From the NCBI RefSeq assembly GCF_009914755.1, contig NC_060941.1: a stretch of 64,000 nucleotides of DNA. One strand, given 5' to 3'. Position numbers and translations under genes: made by a program. The DNA comes from the human T2T-CHM13v2.0 reference genome, Homo sapiens. The notes under the pieces are model-generated. The model was given only the letters and a program-made list of their open reading frames with translations, was not told the origin of the DNA and made no database searches. Positions within the stretch are counted from its first letter, which is position 1. Each line of letters opens with the position of its first letter. This document shows positions 37,670 to 51,243 of this stretch, piece by piece.

Positions 37670-38250
37670 AGCTCCATCCCTAACATTTGGGGGCCAGGGC
37701 TAGAATACAAATGGAGGCCCACATACCATGTGTCTCAGTATCTTAACATTCTAAAGCAAGCTCAAAAAGCTACAAAATCAAGTGTGTCTAATCTTCCCTC
37801 CTGAACAAAATACCTTCTTACCAACCTGGAAGCCAGGTTAGCATGTAGGATTCTCAGAAGTTCCACACTAAAATGTGGCAGCCTAGGGACAAACAACCTC
37901 CTGTCCCCAGCCCCCCACCCACAAGCTCCTCTCCTTCTCCTCCCACCCTTGGGCACCCCAACCCCAAAGGAATTTTCAGCAGCTGTTGAGTGGCGAGAGA
38001 AGACATGTAACAAGTGCTTTTGGTTTGGTCAGAAGAATGCATGAGGCTCCACATCCAAGCTCTGTCCACAGCCCCTGCAAATCGTCACCCCTTGGCCACA
38101 CCACAGACCTAGGGATGCCACCATAAGAGCAACCTTGGGGAAAAGTGCAGTCAGTCTACAGGAGGAATAGGAGCCTTTGGCCATGTGGACACCTCGCTTC
38201 ATGGGGAGGAGCACAGAGAAGGAGCAGGCCTAAGGGAGGTCCTAGGTTTA
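37670..38250 (+). mobile_element. MER115-like hAT-Tip100 DNA transposon
   Basis: GGGGCCAGGGC..ACAAATGGAGGCCCACATACCAT...CCAAGCTCTGTCCACA...CCCCTTGGCCAC resemble the recalled consensus. Confidence 0.6.
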
Positions 38251-38293
38251 GGAAGAGATCATTCAACAATGCTTGTAAATAGACCAGCGCTGA

Positions 38294-38557
<264 letters not shown>

Positions 38558-39969
38558 TGACTTCAGGTGATCTGCCCATCTTGGCCTCCCAAAGTGCTGG
38601 GATTACAGGCTTGAGCCACCGCACCTGGCCATTGTCAATAGATTTCTAATGCTGATAAAAAAAAGACCTAGCAGGGCATTGTGGCTTACACCTGTAATCC
38701 CAGCACTTTGGGAGGCCGAGGCAGGTGGATCACGAGGTCAGGAGATCGAGACCATCCTGGCTAACACAGTGAAACCCTGTCTCTACTAAAAATACAAAAA
38801 TTAGCCAGGTGTGGTGGCGGGCGCCTGTAGTCCCAGCTACTTGGGAGGCTGAGGCAGAAGAATAGCTTGAACTCGGGAGGCAAAGGTTATTGTGAGCCGA
38901 GATTGTGACACCGCATTCCAGCCTGGGCGACAGAGAGAGACTCTGCCTAAAAAAAAAAAAAAAAAAAGACCACGACCAATATGAGAGGATCATCCTGCCC
39001 CACCCCGAGCCAAGGTTCAGCTGAATCTGAAATGCTGAACCCTATGTGCACCCCCGGACCTCAGTGAGCTGGAAAATGTCCCGAGAAGACAGGACTGTTT
39101 CCTATGATGAAAATTGATGGAAACTCCTCACCCTGGAAAGGAAAAGGATAAAAGTGAAAAGAATTAGAATCTGTCACATTCTTTAAGACACGAATGAGGG
39201 GAACGTGGATGGACTACCCCTCACATTCTGGAATATTCTCTCTAGGAAGCACTTCTTAAAGCCTGAGGAAGTTAGATTCTAGATGTAAATTATTAAAACC
39301 ACTGCACATAACAAACAAATGAGTTCTCTAACCAGGAGGAAATAAAAGCTGGAGAGGTTCAGGAGGTGGGTGGGGGCACAGTCATGGGACATCCAAAGTC
39401 AATGCCATGGACAACCTCATGGTAAGCAGACGCTGATATGCATTCCCTTCCATGTCACTGCCAGAGTTGAACAGTGGCTGGGCCCGACCCAAAGAGGCCC
39501 AGCCAATCTCTATGCTTTTACGGTTTAGTTGTTTTTATGTCTTTATGTTTTTACAAGTCCAGCTAAAGTTTGCACCTCCTAGTCCTTTCACACAGTCTTG
39601 AATTCTTGTCTTTGGAAAGAGGCCACTGTCCACTTTACACTAAGGCATTTATCCACTCACCCATTCATTCATCCATTCATTGAGGGTACCAGCCTCTGGG
39701 TGCATGTAGAGTTCTTCTCTGTTGTTTATGATTTTCTTTCAAACATTTCATCTGAACTTCCAAGCTAATTATCGCCCCTTCTCCCTCCCAGTTCAGACCT
39801 CCCAGAGGAAGGCGGCCTTCCCCCTCTTTTCCCAGAATCTGCTTCTCTTTGAAATCTTGTCTTCTCCTTGTTCTAAGTCCAAGTGTGCAAGGCACATACC
39901 AGCTATCTGATTTTGTTTTATTCTATAGACTGGATTTTTGGGGCTCTCCCACACAGGAGATCTATGGAC

Positions 39970-40420
39970 ATTGTGTTAGTCCCGGTCTTCCGAAGAGGAG
40001 ATGTGAAGAGGGAATCAAATGTGCAAGGGTTTTACTGAGGGAAATGCCTGTGAGAGAAATAGAGTAGGTGCCAGGGAGGCCAGGGGAGCCTTCAGACCAT
40101 GATGCAGGTTGGATCCCCGTGAAGGAAAGAGGGCAGAAAGGTTGCATGGAAGCATCCCAGACCACCTTGCAGTATCTGGAGGGTTGTGCAAGGCCATGAG
40201 GGAGCCCTTGAGCTAACTCAACCGTTAGAGGGGTCCTGTGTCTCCCAGGAACAGGCCTGCCTCAGTGTCCCTGCTGTGCTCCGCCTTTGGCTGGTAATTG
40301 CCTGTAGGAAGCATGACCTTGGTGCAAACATGACAATGATGGCTTTCAGAGCACGGCAGTGGGGACCATCGGTCATGGATGCCCCTGTGGATGGAAGTCT
40401 GAGAGACACATTCTCATGGT
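39970..40420. mobile_element. Old ERVL-class LTR (LTR33/LTR41-like)
   Basis: AAATGTGCAAG...GGGAAATGCCTGTGAGAGAAA...CAGACCATGATGCAGGT motifs. Confidence 0.5.
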
Positions 40421-40507
40421 CACTTCAGATGCTCATTAACTTGGAGGGAGATCTCCTCTGTGCCTTCATGCCCCTTTCAGTGACTTCAATAGAAAATCGA
40501 GACTTTA

Positions 40508-41880
40508 GTGTGTTTGTGTGTCTGGGTGTATGTGTGGGTATCTGTGTGCATGTGTATGTGTTTTTATGTGTGTGTGTCTGTGTCTGTGTTTGTGTTTATG
40601 TTTGTGTGTATATCTGTGCATGTGTGCATGTTTGCGTGTATGCTGCATGTCTGTGAATGTGTGTGTCTGTGTGTCGGTGCCTGTGTATATGTGTCTGTGT
40701 GTCTGTGTGAATGTGCATATGTATGTGTATATATATATGTGTTTGTGTTATACATGTCTCTGTGTATGCATGTCTGTATATGCATGTCTGTGTGTTTCTG
40801 AGTTTCTGTGTGTGTGCATGTGTGTCTGTGTGCATGTCTTTGTATATGTTTCTGTGTGCATGTGTTTGTGTGCACATGTGTCTATGTCTGTGTATATGCA
40901 TGTCTGTGCGAATGTGTGTTTCTGTGTGTTTGCATGTGTGCTTGTGTCTGTATATGAGGATACATGTTGGTGTACATGTGTTTCCACATGTCTGTGTGCA
41001 TGTGTGTGTTCTGTGTGTATGTGTGTGTTTGTGTGTACATGTGTGTTTTATGTGTACTATGTGTATTTGTGTTTGTGTGTGTAGATGTTTTTGTGTGTAT
41101 GTGTATCTGTGTGCATGTGTGTGTTCTTTCTATGTGTGCATGTATGTTTTGTGTGTTTGTGTTGTACAAGTGTGTCTGTGTCTGTATACGTGTGTTTCTG
41201 TGTGTACACGTTTTTGTGTCTGTGTGTGCATGTGTGTTTCTCTGTGTGTGCATGTGTTTGTGTGTGTGCCTATGTTTCTGCATCATGTGTGTTCTGTGCA
41301 TATGTGTTGTATGTGTGTATGTTTATGTGTGTGTGCCTCTGTATGCATCTGTTTCTGTATGTATATGTGTGCTCTGTGTATGCATATGTTTGTGTGTGCA
41401 TGTGTGTTCTGTGCATGTGTGTGCATGTGTGTTCTGTGCATATATGTGTACATGTGTTTTTCTGTGTCTGTATGTGTCTTGTGCATGTATGTTTCTGTGT
41501 CATGTGTGTTCTGTGCATACATGTGTACATGTGTTTTTCTGTGTCTGTATGTGTCTTGTGCATGTATGTTTCTGTGCCATGTGTGTTCTGTGTGTATGTG
41601 TGTACATGTGTTTTTCTGTGTCTGTACGTGTCTTGTGCATGTATGTTTCTGTGTCGTGTGTGTTCTGTGTGTATGTGTTGTACATGTGTGTACGTGTATG
41701 TGTGTGCTTCTGTGTGTATGTTTCTGTGTGTATGTGTGTTCTGTGTGTGCATATATGTTTGTGTGTGCATGGGTGTTCTGTGTATGTGTGTACATGTTTT
41801 TCTATGTCTGTATGTGTGTGTCAGTGTCTTGTGTGTGTGTGTTTCTGTGTGTGTGTGTGCATGTTGTGCACATGCGTGCT
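40508..41880 (+). repeat. ~1.4-kb degenerate (TG)n/(TGCA) low-complexity array including three 77-bp tandem units (about 41425-41670)
   Basis: Directly visible; unit marker TGTACATGTGTTTTTCTGTGTCTG recurs at 41447, 41524 and 41601. Confidence 0.95.
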
Positions 41881-41971
41881 TAGAAAGAATCCACTCCCAC
41901 AGCCACAAGGACACCTCTGAGGCCAACTCACATCACAGGCCCTCAGCTCTCTCTCTATTGTTCCCTTCCAG

Positions 41972-42082
41972 ACCATCCTGGTGGGTGACAGTGGTGTGGG
42001 AAAGACGTCTCTGCTGGTTCAGTTCGATCAGGGCAAGTTCATCCCCGGCTCCTTCTCGGCCACTGTGGGCATCGGATTCACG
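41972..42082 (+). CDS. RAB37: RAB37 alternative exon 2 (paralogous P-loop/switch I exon of the upstream-promoter isoform)
   Basis: TILVGDSGVGKTSLLVQFDQGKFIPGSFSATVGIGFT with GxxxxGKT; acceptor TTCCCTTCCAG, donor GTAAGC; 111 nt phase 0/0, same length as 54646-54756. Confidence 0.9.
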
Positions 42083-44437
42083 GTAAGCACTGGCCGGCAC
42101 TGCCAGCTCTGGGCCTGGGCTCAGGACCCCAGCGTGTTTCTGTTGAGTGCCAGCAGGAAACAGGTGGACACTCGCATTGGATCATTCAAGGAGGATTAAG
42201 GAGAAGACTGTTCCCCAAGGTGTAGGAGGGTGTTGGGTGACCAGGAGGGAGGGTATACTGCCCCTGGGTAGTCCAGGAACTCCGCCCACCTCTAGCCTCA
42301 AGCAGGAAGGGAAGGCACCCTCACCAGAACCCAGGGACAAAGCAGGCTGCTGGGTGAGCTGCCTGGCAGGAGCTGCGTGGGACTTTCAGTGGAGGGACAC
42401 AGCAGCCCATGGGAGCCCCCCAGGGAGGCAGCCAGGAGAAAAATCCCCTGTCCCACCTTGCTCTCCTCCTGCTCCCCATCTCCTTCTGGGGCTCCACATT
42501 GGATGAACGCAAGTGGAAGCCAGAAAGCAAAAAATATTTTAATATGGGATAGCTCAGGTCAGCCCTCCAAGGCAAGAAGATCTGGAGGGACAAAGGGACG
42601 ACAAAGTTTTCAGCACAGTCCAAACTTAGCAGTCACACGGGTCTCAGGGAGCTGGCAGGCCCAGGTTACAGTTCCGTGTTTAGTCCTCGGTAAAATGGTA
42701 AAAGGGCAGCTCGGGTTAAGGAAGCCCAGTGCCCTCGGCTTTTTCTGCCCGCAGCCCCTCTGCGAGACAAGGGATCCCTCCTTTACCACACATCCCATCT
42801 CCCCGCGTTGTCCCGTGCCTGCGGCTGCAGCTGCCCTTGAATTCCTGGGAAGACCTTGGGAGAGGGTTCCACTCCTCTCTCGGGCTGTGGCAGGAAGAGC
42901 AGGGCCTTCCCTTGGGACTCCAGAATCCTAGCATCTCAAGATGGGGAAGAGCAAACATCTCTTCTTGGACAACGCGGATGTTTGGGAACCTCTGAGACCA
43001 GAGCACAGGGCCTGTGAGATCACGCTCAGGGTCAGGACGCAGCAGTGCCACACTGATGGGAAGAGAGAGAGGAAAACTCAGAAAAATGGGCTTGCCCACT
43101 GGGTCACAGCCAGGAAGGCAGGGGTTCAGAATGAACATGGCTTCTGCATGACCTTCCAGGAGGCAAAGCGGAAGTGAGTGCCTGGTTCGGGTGTGTTCTG
43201 GGGCCTAGAATCGGCCCTGAAACACCAGTTCCCAGGGCTCTCCCCAGACTGGGACCGGCTGGGCTCTGGTAGTGCTGAATAGGGAAGGGCTGAGACCCAG
43301 GAGGCCAAGGCTACCTGGCAATCCCTGAGGTCTGGGACCAGGCTGCCATGAAGCAAACCAGGATGACCTGGTGCCAGGCGTCACCCACCCCAGCCCAGGC
43401 CCAGTCTGCTCTCAGCAGCCAGGGCACACCCTGCCCTCAGGGTCACACCCGCATCTCCTCACCCACCCTTCTGCCTGTCTGGTGAGGAAGGAAGAGAGTG
43501 GGGTGGATGTGGCTGTGGACATGCAAAGTCTGACTCACGTTCCACAGACCACAGAGGTGAGATCTCCAAATTTTGCCGCTAGCTTGGCAAGAAAATTGAG
43601 GCCGATTTCCTGTGAAGGAAAAAGAAAGTGTGTGGTCAAACTGTTTGTCTAGCCTGAGATGAGACACACTGGGCTTTCCCACTGACCTCAGGGTGGGCCT
43701 CCTAGAGCCTGGGCTGCCTGCTTGGTACCAGCCAGCACCCGATGTTCTGGTGCATCTCAGGACAAACCTGTTGCCTGCTTACGCTGAGTGAGGACCTGAG
43801 CCCCTGGCCAGAAACTCAGCCTGGGGACACCTGAGCAAAGAACTGGTGGACATCGGGGTCTCCTCCAGATATCAGCGGTCTGGGGGTCCCCGGAGAGCCA
43901 GGCTACAAGACACTTGTTTACCCATCTGTCCTTCTCACGGAGATTTGAGATATGGCATGGATAAGGGCCCTGCCGCTGGCCAGGCTGTAGCCTGCAACTC
44001 CTGCATGATGGGAAGGGAGGCAGGTGCTGCTACAGGCTCCGCTCAGGAGGCTGAGTGCCGCCCAGGTGGCAGGGGAGGGACAGAGCCCCTGGTCTCCCAC
44101 TTTGGAGGAGCCAGAGGTGAGCAGGGTGACTACCTCGGGCATGCCTTCACCCATAAACTACCAGGCCCATCGCCTTCTGGAAGTGGGACCTGCCCAGGTC
44201 CTGTGTAGATGCCTCTCAGTCAAGACCTTCCCTAAATTCTCCACTACCAGCCCCATCAAACTGGCTGTGGGGGTCGTGCTGATGGGGTTATGGCACACTG
44301 ATGTCGATGGGGTTCACACAGGGGTCTTTCCAGTCCACCACAGTTCAGGTCCTCCTTGTTACCTCTCTCCTCAGTTTCCCCCAAATTCCCTAGTCTTGCC
44401 TAAACACTGATGCAAAATTCCTCTTTCAAAACCTTCA

Positions 44438-44638
<201 letters not shown>

Positions 44639-45177
44639 TCACTTGAACCTGGGAGGCGGAGGTTGCGGCGAGCCAATATCATGCCATTGCGCTACAGCCT
44701 GGGCAACAGAGTGAGACTCCATCTCAAAACAACAACAACAAAAAAAAAAAAACACCTCACTCTGCTCATCCCCCACCTGAACATTCACGGTTCACTATTA
44801 CCTTCCAAATAAAGTCTGAATCTCTCATCTGTTGGTCAAGCTGTTGCACAGTTTAGACCAGTGGTTTTCGAACACTCCTTCAGCGCACATAAAAGCCTCC
44901 AGGGGGAAGCTCATCTGAAATGCAAATTCTAAGCTCCCTCATACACATGCTGCTTCAGTAAAACCACGTGGGGGGCCCAGAATCTGGGGGTTCTGACCCA
45001 GGGGGTCCATGCGCCACATTTTGCAAAACATGAGTTGAGGCCTTGTCCCTCCAGTCTCTGCCCGGGTCTCCTTCCCACATCCCGACCCTGTGCTCTTTGG
45101 GCTGTGCTGTTCCCCAGCTCTGAAGTTTTCTGCCATCGACCTGGATAGCAGGGAGTCCCCTGCCCCCATCTCTGCAG

Positions 45178-45552
45178 GTGTGATTTGAGGTGTGTGTGGT
45201 GAGGTGATTTGAGGGGTGTGGCAGGTGTGTGGTGTGATTTGAGGTGCGTGGTGAGGTGTGTGGTGTGATTTGAGGGGTTAGGTGTGTGTGGTGTGAGTGT
45301 GTGTGTATGGTGAGGTGTGTGTGTCTGGGGTGTGATTTGAAGTGTGTGTGGTGTGAGGTGTATGTGGTGTGATTTGATGTGTGTGTATGTGGCGTGAGAT
45401 GTGTATGGTGTGATTTGAGGGGTGTGTGGTGTGACGTGTGTGGTGTGATTTGAGGTGTGTGTGATGAGGTGTGTGGTGTGATTTGAGGGGTGAGGTGTGT
45501 GTGGTGTGAGGTGTGTGTGGCGTGATTTGAGGTGTGTGTGTGTGGTTTCAGG
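45178..45552 (+). repeat. GT-rich minisatellite block 1 (core GGTGTGATTTGAGGTGTGTGT)
   Basis: Directly visible. Confidence 0.95.
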
Positions 45553-46079
45553 TGTACACAAGAGCCCCCCCATCTTTCAACACGCATGAGGGTCTGTCTC
45601 ACTGACACTTGGTACCTCCACTATCAGCAGGGCTGCATGACAATGACAGTGTGATCTGTGATCAGGAGGGTAGGGGTGTCTATTTGGGGGTATTGTGGGG
45701 GTGTGCGTCTCAGATCTGGAGGCAATAAGAGGTGTTGGGGGTCATTTATAGGGTGATATACACATTTGGTGATGGTGTGAGGCATGGGGTCCATTGGAGA
45801 GGCAGGTGTTTGCACAGTGATGTGGCACAGGTGTTGATGGTGTGAAATAAACTGTGCCTGGAGCTGCACTGTGGTGACAGGAGTGTGTGTTTGGAGTGAA
45901 ATGAGGTATGTGTGTTTGAGGGTCATGTAAGATGTGTATGTATGTGGTATGATGGTAGGTGTGTTTGTTTATAGTATGAGGTGCACATTTGTGGCATAAT
46001 ACAAAGTTGTGTGTGGGACATGTTATGAAGTGTGTGTTTGTGGTATAATGTAGGGTGTGAGGCATGTGTATTTATGGTA

Positions 46080-47520
46080 TGATGTGAGGCAGATGTGTGT
46101 GGTATGATGTAGGGTGTGTGTGTATATTTGTGGTGTGATTTGAGAGTGTATGTGTGTGATGTGAGGTGTGTGTGATTTGAGGGATGTGTGTGGTGTGAGG
46201 TGTGTGGTGTGGTGTGATGTGAGGTGTGTGTGTGAGGTGTGTGTCTGTGATGTTATTTGAGGGGGGTGTGTGTGTGTGTGTTTGGTGAGGTGTGTGTGGT
46301 GTGATTTGAGGGGTGAGGTGTGTGTGCGTGGTGAGGTGTGTGTGTCTTTGGTGTGATTTGAAGTGTGTGTGGGGGGTGTGTGTGTCTGTGGTGTGATTTG
46401 AGGGTGTGTGTGTGGTGTGAGGTGTGTGTGGTATGATTTGAGGTGTGTGTGTGTGGTGTGAGGTGTGTGTGGTGTGAGGTATGTGATGTGATTTGAGGTG
46501 TGTGTGTGGTGTGAGGTGTGTGTGGTATGAGTTGAGGTGCGTGTGTGTGGTATGAGGTGTGTGTGGTGTGAGGTATGTGATGTGATTTGAGGTGTGTGTG
46601 TGGTATGAGTTGAGGTGCGTGTGTGTGGTATGAGGTGTGTGTGGTGTGAGGTATGTGATGTGATTTGAGGTGTGTGTGTGGTGTGAGGTGTGTGGTGTGA
46701 TTTGAGGTGTGTGTGGTGAGGTCTGTGGTGTGATTTGAGGGGTGAGGTGTGTGTGGTGTGAGGTGTGTGTGGTGTGATTTGAGGTGTGTGTGGTGAGGTG
46801 TGTGGTGTGATTTGAGGGGTTAGGTGTGTGTGGTGTGAGTGTGTGTGTATGGTGAGGTACGTGTGTCTGTGGTGTGATTTGAAGTGTGTGGTGTGTGTGG
46901 TGTGAGGTGTGTGTCTGTGGTGTGATTTGAGGGTGTGTGTGTGGTGTGAGGTGTATGTGGTGTGATTTGATGTGTGTGTGGTGAGGTCTGTGGTGTGATT
47001 TGAGGGGTGAGGTGTGTGTGGTGTGAGGTGTGTGTGGTGTGATTTGAGGTGTATGTGTGTGGTTTGAGGTGTGTGGTGTGATTTGAGGTGTGTGTGGTGA
47101 GGTGTGTGGTGTAACTTGAGGGGTGTGTGTGGTGTGAGGTGTGTGGTGTGATTTGAGGTGTGTTGGTGAGGTGTGTGGTGTGATTTGAGGTGTGTGTGGT
47201 GAGGTGTGTGGTGTAACTTGAGGGGTGTGTGTGGTGTGAGGTGTGTGGTGTGATTTGAGGTGTGTTGGTGAGGTGTGTGGTGTGATTTGAGGTATGAGGT
47301 GTGTGGTGTGATTTGAGGTATGAGGTGTGTGTGATGTGATTTGAGGTGTGTGTGGTTTGAGATGTGTGGTGTGATTTGAGGTGTGTGTGGTGAGGTGTGT
47401 GGTGTGATTTGAGGGGTGAGGTGTGTATGGTCTGAGGTGTGTGTGTGTGGTGAGGTGTGTGTGTCTGTGGTGTGTTGTGGGTGGGTGCACACGTGTGAGT
47501 GTCTGTGGTGTGTGTCTGGG
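46080..47520 (+). repeat. GT-rich minisatellite/VNTR block 2 (core TGTGGTGTGATTTGAGG)
   Basis: Directly visible; almost no C on the plus strand. Confidence 0.95.
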
Positions 47521-47984
47521 GAGAGACACAGGCTACCACAGCGCATACACAGCCTCAGAGTGAACGTTAGGAGGCCCAGGTTTCCTCCCCAGAGACCACA
47601 CGGATCCCTTAGTGAGTCCCTATTCTGCACAGCCCCTGTTCCCTGTTCTGAATGTCTTAGACCCCAACCCACTTCTGACTCACCCGAGGCTGCCCTTGAA
47701 CACCCTACAGGACATTACAGTGGCCCTGGGGACAGTGTACGCACCCTCCAAGTATGACATTACCCACATACCACAGACCCAGCAGGCCTGCAGCCCCTCT
47801 CCCCATGTTCAAAGACTTCTTCCCTAGGTCAGATTCCTCCATCCAGACTAGTGCAGCAACGCAGCAGGGAAGTGCTTCAGGCCACTGCTCCTTCTGGATG
47901 ATTCGTGCTAATGTTCAACCTTCTGTATTCCAAACCCACCATAGGACAAAGAGGGCCTTGGAGCCAACAACGTGAACCACAGCT

Positions 47985-49611
<1,627 letters not shown>

Positions 49612-50887
49612 TTACTCTACTGGAGATCACCTCTGTCCCCACTCTGGGCGCTTCTCCCAGCTGACAGAAAATACCTCCAGCTGATGTCAGAAAATACAGG
49701 GCTGGAGGCTGGCGTACAAAGTCAGTCCCCACAGGCCTATGGTGGCCCATAAGCCACGTCTACCCCTGCTCCTCACCTCCACACCTAAGTTAAGAATTGC
49801 AGGCCGGGCGCAGTGGCTCACGCCTGTAATCCCAGCACTTTGGGAGGCTGAGGTGGGCGGACCGCCTGAGGTCAGGAATTTGAGACCAGCTTGGCCAACA
49901 TGGCAAAACCCCGTCTCTACTAAAAATACAAAAAGAAAAAATAGCCGGGCCTGATGTCGCGCACCTGTAATCCCAGCTACTCCGGGAGACTGAGGCGGGA
50001 GTATAGCTTGAACCCGGGAAGCAAAGGTTGCAGTGAGGCGAGATCGCACCACTGCACTCCAGGCTGGGCGACAGAGTGAGACTCTGTCTGAAAAAAAAAA
50101 AAAGTGCAGGTACCCCTCTCCAGCTCTCCCCTCCCTACACATCCCTCAAACCGTCCCGCTGTAATGCACCCGCCCTGTTCCTTGGTAACTTGAAGCTGCT
50201 TATAGAATGTGGAGATGGGGGTAATTGAAAGGTCGGCCCAGGCCACAGAGCCCCTGAGCTCTGCTACCGGCAACCCCAGCTGCACTCCCCACTCTCTGTC
50301 ACCAGGAGCTGCCGGGTGCCTGGGATATCCTGGCAGCTCTGCTCAAAATGATCTACGACTTCATGAATTTATTTGGCTCCTCCTCGGGGCCAGGGTGAGT
50401 GTCATGGGTTAATAAGGCCGGCCCCGCCTTCAGGAGCGGTCCACTGGGAGATGTGTGCTGCGCAGCCCTCTTGCGAAAGCTCTCCCCTGGTGGGACATTC
50501 TGGGCACAACCAACAGGCCGGGGGAAATGAGAGGTGATCCATACTAAAGGGTCAAAGTCCCCGCACCAGGCAGAGGCCCCAAAACACCGCAGCGTACATG
50601 TGCTGCAAGGCGAGTACGGGTTGGTAAACAAAACTATATTCAGATGAGCTCGGGCCGGGTGACTTAACAGATGAGGAAGTGTCTCGGGGCCATCGGCGGA
50701 GGCGCAGCCCAGGGGTCCCCAGCTCCCCGCCTCGCCACCTGGGGACAGCCCACGGCCCGGGGCTCGGGCGCCGCCTGCTGTCGCGGTGCGCAGCGACTAC
50801 GGGAACTCTTCCGCAGCAGACGGGGTCCCCGCGGCCCGCTCCCCCAGGGGCAAGCAAGCGACCACAGGGGACCGGTCCCGGGGCTGG

Positions 50888-50995
50888 ATGTGGCTCATGT
50901 CCGAAGCGCACGGAGCCGAGCCGGTGTTGCTCAGGGAGGCTGCCCGCCCCTTCACGCAGACCCTGCGGCTCTGCGTGCCCTCAGGGAACAGCAAG
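50888..50995 (+). CDS. RAB37: RAB37 alternative first coding exon (MWLMSEAHG...PSGNSK)
   Basis: ATG 50888; 108 nt phase 0 ending AAG|GTCCGA (weak donor); in frame with exon 2, giving 228 aa; matches a recalled isoform. Confidence 0.65.
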
Positions 50996-51150
50996 GTCCG
51001 AGCCGGTGTCGTCGAGGGGGCGACGGGACGGAGGGAGGAGCCTGAGGGGTCCCGGTCGAGGGAGGGGAGGAGTGGGCGGGGCGGGGGTGGGGCCGTTCCT
51101 GCGCTCTCCTTCGCCTGCGGGCCGGCACTGCTCACCTCTCGTCCAGGGAC

Positions 51151-51243
51151 ATGACGGGCACGCCAGGCGCCGTTGCCACCCGGGATGGCGAGGCCCCCGA
51201 GCGCTCCCCGCCCTGCAGTCCGAGCTACGACCTCACGGGCAAG
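51151..51243 (+). CDS. RAB37: RAB37 canonical first coding exon (MTGTPGAVATRDGEAPERSPPCSPSYDLTGK)
   Basis: ATG 51151 in CpG island; donor AAG|GTGGGT; 93 nt. Confidence 0.93.

Noticed and set aside
41972-42082. Interpretation as a processed Rab pseudogene fragment
   Set aside because: Boundaries match RAB37 exon 2 exactly, with intact AG/GT sites, the same 111-nt length, no adjoining exon sequence and no poly(A).
40508-42086. Cys/Val-rich ORFs up to 390 aa (metallothionein- or keratin-associated-like look)
   Set aside because: Artefacts of (TG)n low complexity, open in multiple frames on both strands.
45178-47520. CRISPR-like repeat-spacer appearance of the recurring GTGATTTGAG
   Set aside because: Intervening sequences are degenerate GT repeats rather than unique spacers; eukaryotic context; no cas genes.
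46023-47672. 549-aa and 485-aa His/Thr/Pro-rich ORFs on the minus strand (also 44929-45608)
   Set aside because: Translation of the CA-rich strand of a VNTR. Several frames are open at once because stop codons are compositionally rare; no domain features.
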